DNA of 64,000 nt from Octopus sinensis (Eukaryota), in assembly GCF_006345805.1 (NCBI RefSeq), contig NC_043018.1, positions 9,362,001-9,426,000 of the forward strand, given 5' to 3'. The position numbers were made by a program, and so were the translations under genes. Shown here piece by piece: positions 23,112 through 35,867 of this stretch. Within the stretch, counting starts at the first letter, position 1; the number at the start of each line of letters is the position of its first letter. The notes under the pieces were generated by a model, which had not been told where the DNA came from, did not search any database, and was given only the letters and a program-made list of their open reading frames with translations.

Positions 23112-23692
23112 TTAACCCTTTCGTTACCAACCCAGCTGAAACCACCTCTGGCTCTGTAATACAAATGTCTTGTTTCCATAAGTTTTGAATTAAAACCTTT
23201 CACCAAACCTCAGTCACAATTTATGTTCCTAACACTAAGCTTAATGATAACTAAGTTATTTTACTAAATTCTTTGTAATATTTAAAGTAATTGAAAGAAA
23301 CACAGAGCATCTCAAAATAAATACGGTAACAAAAGGGGGTTAAAGTACTGGAAACTCTTTAACATTACAGGTTACACAGGAGAACTTTTATCAAGCCAGA
23401 TGTGTTTAACCCTTTTGATACCAACCCAGTTGAAACCAGCTCTGGCTCTCAGTACAAATGTCTTGTTTTCATAAATTTTGAATTAAAATCTTTCACCAAA
23501 CCTCAGTCACAATTTATGTTCCTAACACTAGCTTAATGATAACCAAGTTATTTTACTAAATTCTTTGTAATATTTAAAATAATTGAAAGAAACACAGAGC
23601 ATCTCAAAATAAATACGGCAACAAAAGGGGGTTAAAGTACTGGAAACTCTTTAACATTACAAGTTACACAGGAGAACTTTTATCAAGACAGT
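23112..23692 (+). mobile_element. Two tandem piggyBac-type MITE copies, each followed by the same ~55-bp flank
   Basis: TTAACCCTTT...AAAGGGGGTTAA twice, each followed by AGTACTGGAAACTC...TTATCAAG. Confidence 0.8.
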
Positions 23693-23694
23693 TG

Positions 23695-24060
23695 TTACGA
23701 TGTAAGTTGGGTTAAAAACAAAGGCAAAATAACAATGGAAAACAAAGGTTTACACTTTATTTTATTATTCAATATTTCGGGTCTAAAAAACCCTTATCAA
23801 GAAAAGAAATACTGAAAACTGATATTACCTCCAATCACTGATAAGAGGACATAGAAAGATGGGGGTGGGGGTGGGGGAACAGGTAGATGGGAAAAGGAAA
23901 TTTGCTAATTAGCATCACGAAACATTTGTCTGTTGTTGAGGCAGGGTTTTAGTCTCTTTTTTTTTAACCAATAAGTTTTGTTTCCTTCGTTTGTAGGAAT
24001 TGTTATGGGTAAACAAGTTCTTCATTGGATCCAAAAGACGATTTCCCATTTCACTTCCTC
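23695..24060 (-). mobile_element. Penelope-like 3' remnant (GIY-YIG C-terminus-like, then 3' UTR with hammerhead)
   Basis: Frameshifted KETKLIG..LKPCLN resembles the E..LI..LKP.LN end of PLE endonucleases; hammerhead fold at 23761-23806. Confidence 0.55.
23761..23806 (-). ncRNA. Minimal hammerhead fold, U3-A8 core variant
   Basis: CUUUUC-UUGAUAA-GGGU(UUUUUAG)ACCC-GAAA-UA-UU-GAAUA. Confidence 0.6.
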
Positions 24061-24788
24061 ATTTCACCTAGATTATCTTTTTTTTCTTTTTTGTTTACTT
24101 GTTCCAGTCATTAGACTGTGGCCATACTGGAGGCACCACCTTACAGAAATTTTAGTGGGGACATAAACACACCAACACCAGTTATCAAGTGGTGGTGGTG
24201 GTGGGGGGAACAAGCATTAACACAAAAATACTCGCACACACACATACATACATGCATGCATACAATGGGCTTCTTTCAGTTTCCTTCTACCAAATCCACT
24301 CACAAGACTTTGATTGACCTGAGGCTATGATAGAAGATACTTGCTCATGATGCCTCGCAGTGGGACTGAACCTTGAACCATGTGGTTAGGAAGCAAACTT
24401 CTTACCACACAGCCATGCCTCTGCCTTATTTTACTTACTTTCCTGATGCAGTTGAGAAAAGCATGATTGTCACAAAATCACTTTTTATATTCGTTGATAA
24501 TCTGGAATTTTCTCATTAATTTCCTTGTTTTCATCCATAGGAAAACGGTGATGAAAAAAATGAGAGAATTACATTGAATTCTGTGATGTATTTAGATCTG
24601 TATCTTTTTGTTCTGAGTTCAAATCTTTTCAAGCCACACTTATCTTGTCCTGGATAAGGGGCCATTAAAATAAATACCCATAACATAATTGTAAAGATGT
24701 TTTTTATGAATTATTAATAAAAATAAATTACTGTTGTTCTTGTTGTTGTTGTTTCTGAGTGAAGTTGTATGTTCAAAACTTGTTTGTC

Positions 24789-25667
24789 TCAGTTTCCTAA
24801 TATTCTACGAGCAAATGAAGAAGAAACACACTCGGGTCTCGATGTAGCTAATGGTAAAATTTCCATTTTGTTGTATTTGATGCTATTTGTGTTCTGTTTA
24901 AGAGAGAAACCATTTTGAGTCAAAGACTTTGGAACAGAAGCAGTATCCTTATTCACTGATAACGTTTTCAAAGGTTGGTTCCACATACATTTCTGTAAAG
25001 TTTTTGGTGAAAAGGAAGCAACTCTTTTAGTGTTTAAAGAATTTCTGCTATCTCTCATAGAATTATGGTTGTTTAATTTCGACACCCAGTCCTTGTAGGA
25101 ACCAAAATTCAAAAGTCTTTGACTTTCAGTGATTTTTTTTTGGTAAATTTTCCCCATTGTAGTTTTTAAGCGATCTTGGTAAGGCATAAAACCATGAATA
25201 GAAGAATAGATGAATGTAGGACTGTCAAGAACTGACTGGTGGAAACGCGACCTGAATGCTTTGGATTTTGTAATCAATATATCAGAATTGTTTATATTTG
25301 TTTTATCTGAATTTGCCTGCAGATGTATCGAAGCCTTGTAATCTTGAATACCATTGTTCTCAGTAGTGTCACATTTAGATTCAGCCAAAAAAGTTGGTGC
25401 TTTTTTGGTAAGCTTCAAATTCGAAATGCTTTTCTCTTGAATCCAAAATTTCTTGTAAGAATTTGGAGGAATCTGGAGGTTTTCTGTTGAAGACTTACTT
25501 AAAGCCACTTGCGAAATATCTAAAAGTAAATTGTTGGTTCTTATCGTATAAAAATGTTCGTATTTTGTGTCTTTGTAATTTTGCTTTTCAGCTTTATCTT
25601 TGCTTCTTAAACCAACCATTTTTCGTGAGAAATTCCTGTTATTTAAAGTAGGTTTCAATTCTTTCAT
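24789..25667 (-). CDS. Uncharacterised 292-aa basic, Ser/Lys/Asn-rich protein (orphan ORF)
   Basis: 879-nt stop-free frame from ACCATGA in very AT-rich DNA. Not a microsatellite, and no TE motif recognised. An in-frame stop lies shortly upstream of the ATG. Confidence 0.6.
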   Translation of the reverse strand: MKELKPTLNNRNFSRKMVGLRSKDKAEKQNYKDTKYEHFYTIRTNNLLLDISQVALSKSSTENLQIPPNSYKKFWIQEKSISNLKLTKKAPTFLAESKCDTTENNGIQDYKASIHLQANSDKTNINNSDILITKSKAFRSRFHQSVLDSPTFIYSSIHGFMPYQDRLKTTMGKIYQKKITESQRLLNFGSYKDWVSKLNNHNSMRDSRNSLNTKRVASFSPKTLQKCMWNQPLKTLSVNKDTASVPKSLTQNGFSLKQNTNSIKYNKMEILPLATSRPECVSSSFARRILGN

Positions 25668-25828
25668 GGTTTCTATTTCCACAGCAGTAAATCCCTTGGC
25701 ATTGTCAATTTAATGGACTCAGGTGAGCACAAAAGAGTGATTCAAATTTAGGTTGGACAATTTGTTTTTCAAATAAAACTAATTCATGTAGTAGCAGTTG
25801 ATAGCAAATTAACCAAATTTGAAAGGGT

Positions 25829-25969
25829 TAGTAGTAGTAGTAGTAGTAGTAGTAGTAGCAGTAGTAGCAGTAGTAATAGTAGTAGTAGTAGTAGTAGTAG
25901 TAGCAGCAGCAGCAGCAGTAGCAGCAGCAGTATTAGTAGTAGTAGTAGTAGTAGTAGTAGAAGTAGTAG
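25829..25969. repeat. (TAG)n/(CAG)n compound microsatellite
   Basis: Seen directly in the sequence. Confidence 0.95.
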
Positions 25970-26863
25970 TTATAATTCTTTCTACTTTTGGCACAAGGCC
26001 AGCAATTTTAGGGTAAGAAGGACAAGTCAGTTAAATTGAGTGCAGTGCTTGACCAGGAGTTTATTTCATCAACCTCAAAGAGATGAGAAGCAAAAAGGGA
26101 TGACCTTGGCAAAATTTAACCCAAACATAAAGAACTGGAAGAAATACCACCAGGCATTTTGTTTGACGCTAACCATTCTATTAATCCACCACCCTTGTAA
26201 TAATGATAATAATAATAATAATAACTTATTTCATTTGTCATAAGGGTGAAGGGAGGAGGAACATAATGAAGACAAATCACTGAGGTCGCAAAGTTCTTCC
26301 TAGAATTGATGATGGGTGTGGGGAAAAATTAGGAACCGAAATAATCAAATCCAATCATGTTGGAGTTGGTAGGATTTGATCCCAGAATAAGAAATTGATA
26401 TATATTATCTTGTTGCCAATAATCCAGTGAATCCTTGTTCCTTGTTCTTCATACATTCACATCAGGGTCAAACATATAACAATTAATATTTGTCTTTAAA
26501 ATGGTTGATCCTCACAGTTAAACAATAAAACACCTGGATTTATTGCCTGGTCTTCGTTCGTGTTTCTTTGTTGCAATGAAGAAGACCTCCAAGACTAAAA
26601 GAGTTTATGAATTCAGTTGTTAACGAAATATTCTTCCAGAAAAACTGGAATCACATCATATTAATCCAAAGATGAATCTATATTGGAAAGAAAAGGAAAA
26701 AAAAAAGCATTAAGTCTGTAATTAGGAAGGATTACTTGAGACTTCAATAAAGGAAAAACCGTAATTATTTCAGAGAGTAAAAAATAAAATCTGTATAAAA
26801 TATGTGTCAGTTGGTTGATTTCCAAGTAATGCTTTATCTTGCACAGACTGTGTTTGTGCATGA

Positions 26864-26900
<37 letters not shown>

Positions 26901-27109
26901 TGTGTGTGAGAGAGAGAGAGAGAGAGAAAGAGAGAACAGAGGCAGTTAACATAAGAGGAGCAGGATGAGTGATGAGTGTCTGATAACTTTCTGAAAAATA
27001 TACATTTTTTAAAAATTAAATTTTGCAGAGATAGGTTTTCAGTGGAGCAGATTGTGACTATGTGGATGAGATTCAGAAAAATAATGCATTTATTGAAAAT
27101 ATTCAAATG

Positions 27110-27300
27110 TGATCATGAGAGTGAAATGAACAAGTCGTGGGGTATAAAGAATGGAATAATCCCAAAAGTCATTGGAACTGTAGGACTCATCAAGAAGAGT
27201 GTGGGGTGGGAAGAAAACTTCCCTAATTAGACAGCATCAACATCTATACAGTCCAGATGATTATCCTACAGGGGGATGGCCCCCACACGATAGAGGGTGC
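27110..27300 (+). mobile_element. Decayed fragment of an RLE-type non-LTR element (R4/Dong-like)
   Basis: NKSWGIKNGIIPKVIGTVGLIKK resembles the W......IP.VIG.LG.I.K motif at the end of RLE ORFs. Confidence 0.45.
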
Positions 27301-28079
27301 TGTTAATCAGGTGACATTGTTTCTAATGCACTACCTCAGGCCCATTGTTTGGACCTGGTCCTACTTGATATAAAGTAGGGACCCATAAAAGAATGTTGTC
27401 TTCGATTGATTAGAAGGACTGAAGGACCCATGATGTTTGGGGAAGTACAAAGGAGAAATAGAAAAAGAAAGAAAACATTGAAACAATTGTGGGTGGGGGT
27501 GAGATCAACAACAATGACAAAAACAATAATAAGCAGATAACAATGAATAGTATTGTTGTATTTTGGGAGGGTCATACTGCCAATAAATAAAAGCACATGC
27601 ACTGGTACTGTTTCACTTCAGTTTTATTGCTAATTAAGTACATAATTAATCAATGAATCAATTAATTAGTCTGACAAAGCCCTTTCATCACAGTCTGTGA
27701 CCCTATCAGTGTCAACATGTGAAGGCGCACGTCTCAGTGGTTAGAGCATAGTGAGTTCAATTCCTGGACTTGGCCATGTGTTGTGTTCTTGAGCAAGACA
27801 CTTTATTTCACAAATTTAGTGGGAGGTGGCTAGTTGATTACATCGACCTCAGTGTTTCATTGATAATTATTTCATCAACCTGTATTCTGATGGAAGAAGG
27901 AAAATATAGAACTGTGAAAGAAGTTTTTCCTTCAGATGTAAATCCACTGGAGCCTGAAGTGAGTATTGAACCTAGCACCTCAGTGGTGAATTATGATGAC
28001 ATAAAATGGTAAGTTGAGATTATTTTAAAGAACTGTTAAAGAAGTTTTGTTTGAAATAATTGATATCACATAATCATTC

Positions 28080-28237
28080 TGGAGCGGGGCCGGAGTGACC
28101 GTTTCACCTTGATTGTAAAATTTTCATTTTATTCATTTTTCATGCGTTAATTGTCCCCGCATGTGTGTTTGTCCCCGCATGTGTGTTTGTCCCCGCATGT
28201 GTGTTTGTCGCCTCTATGTCGGCCCCTTCTGGGCAAT
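28080..28237 (+). mobile_element. 3' end fragment related to the L1/Tx1 element, with a 3 x 18-bp internal repeat
   Basis: GGAGCGGGGCC...GGCCCCTTCTGGGCAATAAA parallels 60098-60270; TTGTCCCCGCATGTGTGT occurs three times. Confidence 0.5.
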
Positions 28238-28299
28238 AAACAATCAACTTATTTCATCAACCTTGAAAGAAGGAAGTGTAAAGTCAACCTAGGTAGGAT

Positions 28300-29595
<1,296 letters not shown>

Positions 29596-29615
29596 ATGAT
29601 AATAGTTTCTCTTAC

Positions 29616-29774
29616 CTTTGCTTTTCCCCAAATGAATTCACTGGTCGAGTAATTAAGGTATCAAACATGTCCAGAGTTTTGGTTAATCTTCCACTTGATT
29701 GTGCTGTGTGTTCTGGTCTAAACACTGAGGAGACTGTCTCTCTCTCACAGCAAGTCCTCGCTCTGAGGGACAAA
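29616..29774 (-). other. Candidate exon (ttttacag| ... AAG|gtaaga), possibly of the 24.8-25.7 kb ORF transcript
   Basis: 159 nt, good acceptor and donor, open in phase 2-2 (LSLRARTCCERETVSSVFRPEH...GEKQ). Linkage to other exons is unproven. Confidence 0.35.
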
Positions 29775-29977
29775 CTGTAAAAACCAGAGAGAGACAGACA
29801 GACAGACAGAACGACTTGGCTTTGGTGTTGCTGGTGTTGTCCGTCAAACAAAGAACTGCTACCAAGGTTTAGTATGCGACTGTGGTTGGGCTGAGATTAA
29901 TCCTCTTCCTTCCCTCCCGCCACTCCAGAATTTCCCAACTGGAAACATTATGGAGTTGAAGATAAACAGTACAAGAT

Positions 29978-30177
29978 TTCTTTCCTTCTTTCTTTCTTTC
30001 TTTCTTTCTGTTTTTCTTTCTTTCTTTATGCTTCTCTCTCTCTCGCTTTCTTTTTTCTTTCTGTTTCTCTCTTTGTTATTTGTTTGTTTTTTTTTCTTCT
30101 TTCTGCTTCTCTCTCTCTCCTTTATTTCTTCTTTATTCTTTCTTTCTTTCTCTTCTTTCCTTCTTTCCTTCTTTCTG

Positions 30178-30209
<32 letters not shown>

Positions 30210-30350
30210 TATCTTTGTTCTTTCTTCTTTTGCTTCTCTTCCTCTCTCTCTTTCTTTTTTCTTTCTGTTTATCCTCTTTGTTTGTTTGTTTCTTTCTTTC
30301 TTTCTGCTTCTCTCTTTTTTCTTCTTTCTTTCTTTCTTTCTTTCTTCCTG
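29978..30350. repeat. Degenerate (TTTC)n/(TC)n polypyrimidine microsatellite
   Basis: Seen directly; source of the spurious K/E/R- and F/L/S-rich ORFs. Confidence 0.95.
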
Positions 30351-30626
30351 CTTCTCCACATACGGTGGACTTCTTTCAGTTTCCACCTACCAAATCCACT
30401 CACAAGGCTTTGGTTAGCCTGAGGCTATAGTAGAAGACACCTGCCCAAGGTGCCTCACAGAGGGATTGAACCTGTAACCATATGGCTGGGAAGCAATCTT
30501 CTTACCACACAGCCACGCGTATTTCTTTGGTTTTAAGTGTTCTCAGCGTTGTAGATTGCGAAGTGTGAGCATACATAAAACTGGTGTTGGTAGGAGAGAA
30601 CTTTCTGTGTGTAAACACCACATAAT

Positions 30627-30719
30627 ACATACATACATGTATGTATGTATGTATGTATGTATGTATGTATGTATGTATGTATGTATGTATGTATGTATGT
30701 ATGTATGTATCTATGTATG

Positions 30720-30751
<32 letters not shown>

Positions 30752-31020
30752 TGTAGATATATACATATATATCTGTGTGTGTTTGTATGTGTGCATTGTG
30801 TATGTATTTACTTTTGATGAATATGGATTATTATGTATGTATAGTATATGTATGCATATGTCGTATATATATGTGTGTGTATGTATGTATGCACATACAA
30901 TACTATATGTCTGTATGTGTATGCACAGAGACACACATGCATACATACATATATACATACATATATAATATATATTGATTAAAACGGTAAGACAACAAAA
31001 GAAAACAGATATATATATAT

Positions 31021-31084
<64 letters not shown>

Positions 31085-31085
31085 G

Positions 31086-31131
<46 letters not shown>

Positions 31132-31172
31132 GTATATATATGTATATATATACATATATATACACACACACT
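30627..31172. repeat. (TATG)n and (TA)n microsatellite block
   Basis: Seen directly in the sequence. Confidence 0.95.
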
Positions 31173-31514
31173 ATAGCTAAAATTTTAATATAAACAATGT
31201 ATTATGTCTGTGGGGGGTTGAGTGTACAACTGAGAGAGAGAAAGAGAGAGAGAGAGGGGGGGTGCTCACAGAAATGTGTCACTCTCGTTAGTGAAGCAGC
31301 TATCATGTTCAGCATTTGTTGTGGTTAGTTGTCCCTTTATCTGAGACTCTGTTTGGCTCTCCTCCTTGCGCAGAGCTTAACTGTGGCACCATAAATTAAC
31401 TTCACTGCTAACCTGTTGCCGAGAGACCTCACTAAGATGTTAATCTGAAGTGGCTTAAGGACTTGGAGACACAGGCACACGGCACACACACACACACACA
31501 TGCACACACACACA

Positions 31515-31545
<31 letters not shown>

Positions 31546-31714
31546 GCACATACACACACCATTTACTCATACACACATGCAATCACCTATGCTCACACAT
31601 GCAAACCGTACACATACACGCTGATGATGGTGGGTGGTAGAAACTCATTTTAGACAGATGAATAAATAAATAGCCAGATATAAATATAGAGAAGGACAAG
31701 GGGAAGACAAGGAA

Positions 31715-31746
<32 letters not shown>

Positions 31747-32749
31747 AAGAGAGAAAGAGAGAGAGAGAGAGAGAGTAAGACAGAGGAAAAAATGCAACTA
31801 CACACACACACCCATACGCATATGTATATGTGTGTGTATTTAATATTTTTATATGTGTATGGCACACATATATATACACACCATATACATACAATATATA
31901 TATACATATATATATATATATAAAGTAGCTTGCTTACCAACCACATGGTTCTGGGTTGGTAAGCATGGAAAATGGGTGATGATGATGATGATGATGATGA
32001 TATATATATATAATATATATATATAGGTGTAGGAGTGGCTGTGTGGTAAGTAGCTTGCTTATGAACCACATGGTTCTGGGTTCAGTCCCACTCCGTGGCA
32101 TGTTGGGCAAGTGTCTTCTGCTATAGCCTCAGGCCAACCAAAGCCTTGTGAGTGGATTTGGTAGACGGAAACTGAAAGAAGCCCATAGTATATATTTATG
32201 TGTGTGTGTATGATTGTGTGTCTGTGTTTGTCCCCCCCCCCACCAACATCGCTTGACAACCGATGCTGGTGTGTTTACATCCCCATAACTTAGCGGTTTG
32301 GCAAAAGAGACCGATAGAATAAGTACTAGGCTTACAAAGAATAAGTTCTGGAGTCGATTTGCTCGACTAAAGGCGGTGCTCCAGCATGGACACAGTCAAA
32401 TGACTGAAACAAGTAAAAGAGTAAAATGAGTATATACACATACAGCTATACATACATATATACATACATGCATACACACATACATACATCCATAGGTATA
32501 TACTTAACCCCTATATTTGTACAGCAGTAAGGGCCTAGGTGCAAAACAAAGCGGGAAAGAATAGTACTGAAATGCTAAGGATAGAATAAAGTACTTATTC
32601 TATTGAAGCCAAAACAACTTCACAAACTGTTACTCAGAGTTTCACATAACTGCTTGTCAGATGATTCAGGGTCTGAATCATCAGAGCTATTGGATGAAGA
32701 GTCTTGAGGCACTTTGAGTTTCAATAAAATAATATTATGTAATATGTAC

Positions 32750-32780
<31 letters not shown>

Positions 32781-33010
32781 TAAGGCGGTGGGTTAGCAGA
32801 AATGTTAGAATGCTGGGTGAAATGCTTAGCGGTATTTAGTCTTTCTTTATATTCTGAGTTCAAATTTGGCCGAGGTTGACTTTGCCTTTCATCCTTTTGG
32901 TGTTGATAAATTAGGTACCAGTTGTGTACTGGGGTTGATCTAATCGACTGCTCCCCCACTTCCCAAAAGTTTTGGGCCTTGTGTCTAAAGTAGAAAATAT
33001 GTATGTATGT

Positions 33011-33068
<58 letters not shown>

Positions 33069-33645
33069 ATGCATGCATGTGTATCTATGTATGTATATAT
33101 GTTCTTTTTTTTTTAATTTTAGAGTAAATTTTGACCAGTCACCTAATTGGTAGCAAGGTTGTGAAGGAAAGTATCTAGATTTAACCATCATCCTCTAAAT
33201 CTTAAGAAAGGATGTATGTATGTATGTGAGTATGTATGTATGTATGTATGCATGCATACATGTATGCATGTGTGTATGTATGTATGTCTGTATGTATGTA
33301 TGCATGTATATATGTATGCATGCATACATGCATGTGTGTGTGTATGTATGTATGTATGTATGTATGTATGTATAAATGTATGTATGTATGCAAGTATGTA
33401 TGTATGTATGTATGTATGCAAGTATGTATGTATGTATGTATGTATGTATGTATGAATGTATGTATGTATGAATGTATGTATGTATGTATGTATGCAAGTA
33501 TGTATGTATGTATGAATGTATGTATGTATGCAAGTATGTATGTATGTATGCAAGTATGTATGCAAGTATGTATGTATGTATGTATGTATGTATGTATGTA
33601 TGTACGTATGTATGTATGTATGTATGTATGTATGCATGCATGTAT

Positions 33646-34044
33646 GAGGAGGCCAGGATAACACCTGCAAGACTCCAGAGAGATTTAAAGAAGAATGTAG
33701 CAATCAAGAAGGTGAATCTCAGTGACCTTTTTGTGTGCACAGTTTGTGACAGACCATGCCTTTCTTTTGCTGGGCTCAAATCTCATTTGAGGACCCATGG
33801 AAAACGAACCTCCACTAACTACTTTGCCAACATACCTGTGCACACCTTTCAATGCTGTGCATGCTATAAGATCTGCAATTCTAATGGAGGCCTCAAAAGA
33901 CATTTTAAGATCCACAAAAATCAGAACTTAATGGCAGCTTTTGGTGATCCAAATCGGTTATGAAATCTAAGTGGGTGTCTATTCAAAACACTGAGGTGTA
34001 GGGACAAGAGGTGGTCAAGCTGTGCATAAGGAGTAGACAACCAC

Positions 34045-34045
<1 letters not shown>
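33646..34045 (+). mobile_element. RTE-type LINE 3' fragment encoding two C2H2 fingers
   Basis: FVCTVCDRPCLSFAGLKSHLRTH and FQCCACYKICNSNGGLKRHFKIH, then a short 3' UTR and (TATG)n. Confidence 0.65.
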
Positions 34046-34078
<33 letters not shown>

Positions 34079-34145
34079 TGTATGTATGTATGTATGTATG
34101 TATGGATGGATGGATGGATGGATGGATGTATATATATATATATGC

Positions 34146-34178
<33 letters not shown>

Positions 34179-34240
34179 TGTATGTATGTATGTATGTATG
34201 GATGGATGGATTGATGGATGGATGAATGTATATATATATG

Positions 34241-34272
<32 letters not shown>

Positions 34273-34344
34273 CATGCATGTATGTATGTATGTATGTATG
34301 TATGTATGTATGTATGGATGGATGGATGGATGGATGGATGAATG

Positions 34345-34378
<34 letters not shown>

Positions 34379-34770
34379 TGTATGTATGGATGGATGGATG
34401 GATAGATGGATGGATGAATGTATATATGTATGTATGCATATATGTATGCATGTATGTATGTATGTATGTATGTATGTATGTATGTAGTATGTATGTAGTA
34501 TGTATGTATGTATGTAATGTATGTATGTATGTATGTGTGTATTTATGTATGTATGTATGTATGCATGCATGTATGTATATATGCATGTATGCATGCATGC
34601 ATGTATGTATATATGCATGTATGTATGTATGTATGTATGTATATATGCATGTATGCATGCATGCATGTATGTATATATGCATGTATGTATGTATGTATGT
34701 ATGTATATATGCATGTATGTATGTATGTATGTGTATGTATGTATGTATGTATGTATGTATGTATGTATGT

Positions 34771-34970
34771 GGAGGACTTAAACGACATGCGAAGGTACAT
34801 GAAGCCCAGTTACAACTACAGCCGGCTATTACCAGTAAAGGTTTTAGTGGCCAATTCTGTACAAGACATTGTAGATCTTTAGCTGGGCTAAAAAGTTACA
34901 TTCGATTACAGCACCAATAACAGTTAAGCTTCGTGCAATGGCCATACTCGATAACGAGGGGGCAGCCATA
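34771..34970 (+). mobile_element. Related RTE-type 3' fragment (end of one finger plus a degenerate last finger)
   Basis: GGLKRHAKVH...FCTRHCRSLAGLKSYIRLQHQ*, then TGGCCATACTCG...GGCAGCCATA(ATGT)n. Confidence 0.65.
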
Positions 34971-35671
34971 ATGTATGTATGTATGTATGTATGTATGTAT
35001 GTATGTATACGTGTATGTATGTGTGTGTGCATGTGTGCATGCATGTGTGTACATGTGCATGGATGTGTGTGTGCATGTATGTATGCATGTGTGTGTGTGC
35101 ATATGTGCGTGTATGCATGCATGAGTGTGTATGTATTTTATCTTTACTGCCCACAAGGAGCTAAACATAGAGTGGACAAACAAGGACAGAGAAAGGTATT
35201 AAGTCGATTACATCAACCCCAGTGCATAACTGCTACTTAATTTATCAACCCCCAAGATGATGAAAGGCAAAGTCGACCTCAGAATTTGAACTCAGAACGT
35301 AAAGGCATACGAAATACTGCTGAGCATTTTGCCCGGCGTGCTAATGTTTCTGCCAGCTCACCGCCTTTGCATGAGTGTATATATGTATGTATATGGGATT
35401 TTAGCCTTTTAGCAGCATTCAGATTATACTTTTAAATGTAAAGCTTATTTATTCACATTGTTTTGAATTAATTATGCTTTACCACTTAAGATTTCAATGA
35501 TGCAATTGTCTATTTTTAGAATGACATTGTTAGGTAAGTGCAAGAGGCCAGATCTGATCTGTCTGAACATGAAACAAGTAGAATATTTAATACATGTATA
35601 TATTACTGACGTTCATATCATTAACGTTGACCCTTTAGCATGTAGATTACTCTGTCAAATATAAAGCTTAG

Positions 35672-35867
35672 TTACGGAGATGTACTTGCATAGCGAGTGA
35701 CTTGATCTGAGATCGTGTGCTGGAACGAAAACAATTGCATTGTGGAAGGTGTTTATAAGCCATTTAAGAAACACACAAAAACCGTTAGATTCACTTCAAC
35801 ACTTAAATTTAATTTGTCAAAATATTTTCGTCGCTTTGAGACCGCAACTTGTTCACTGACAAAGCTT
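35672..35867 (-). mobile_element. Penelope-like terminal fragment nested in a piggyBac-type MITE
   Basis: Interrupts the MITE at AAAGCTT (compare the uninterrupted copy at 35.4 kb); carries a hammerhead fold. Confidence 0.6.
35813..35863 (-). ncRNA. Minimal hammerhead fold, G3-C8 core variant
   Basis: UUUGUCA-GUGAACA-A-GUUGC(GGUCUCAAA)GCGAC-GAAA-AUAU-UU-UGACAAA; 7-bp stem I, 5-bp stem II, palindromic AAUAUU stem III. Confidence 0.7.

Larger units (their letters stand above)
33205..35135. repeat. ~1.9-kb (TATG)n/(GATG)n/(CATG)n block enclosing two LINE 3' fragments
   Basis: Seen directly; non-repeat islands at 33646-34045 and 34771-34970. Confidence 0.95.

Noticed and set aside
31337-31582. 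81-aa minus-strand ORF
   Set aside because: The first half is (GT)n, and the remainder is short with no donor site or homology that I can support.
32659-32690. CTGATGA on the minus strand within an inverted repeat
   Set aside because: No GAAA or stem I; only a short TGATTCAG/CTGAATCA hairpin.
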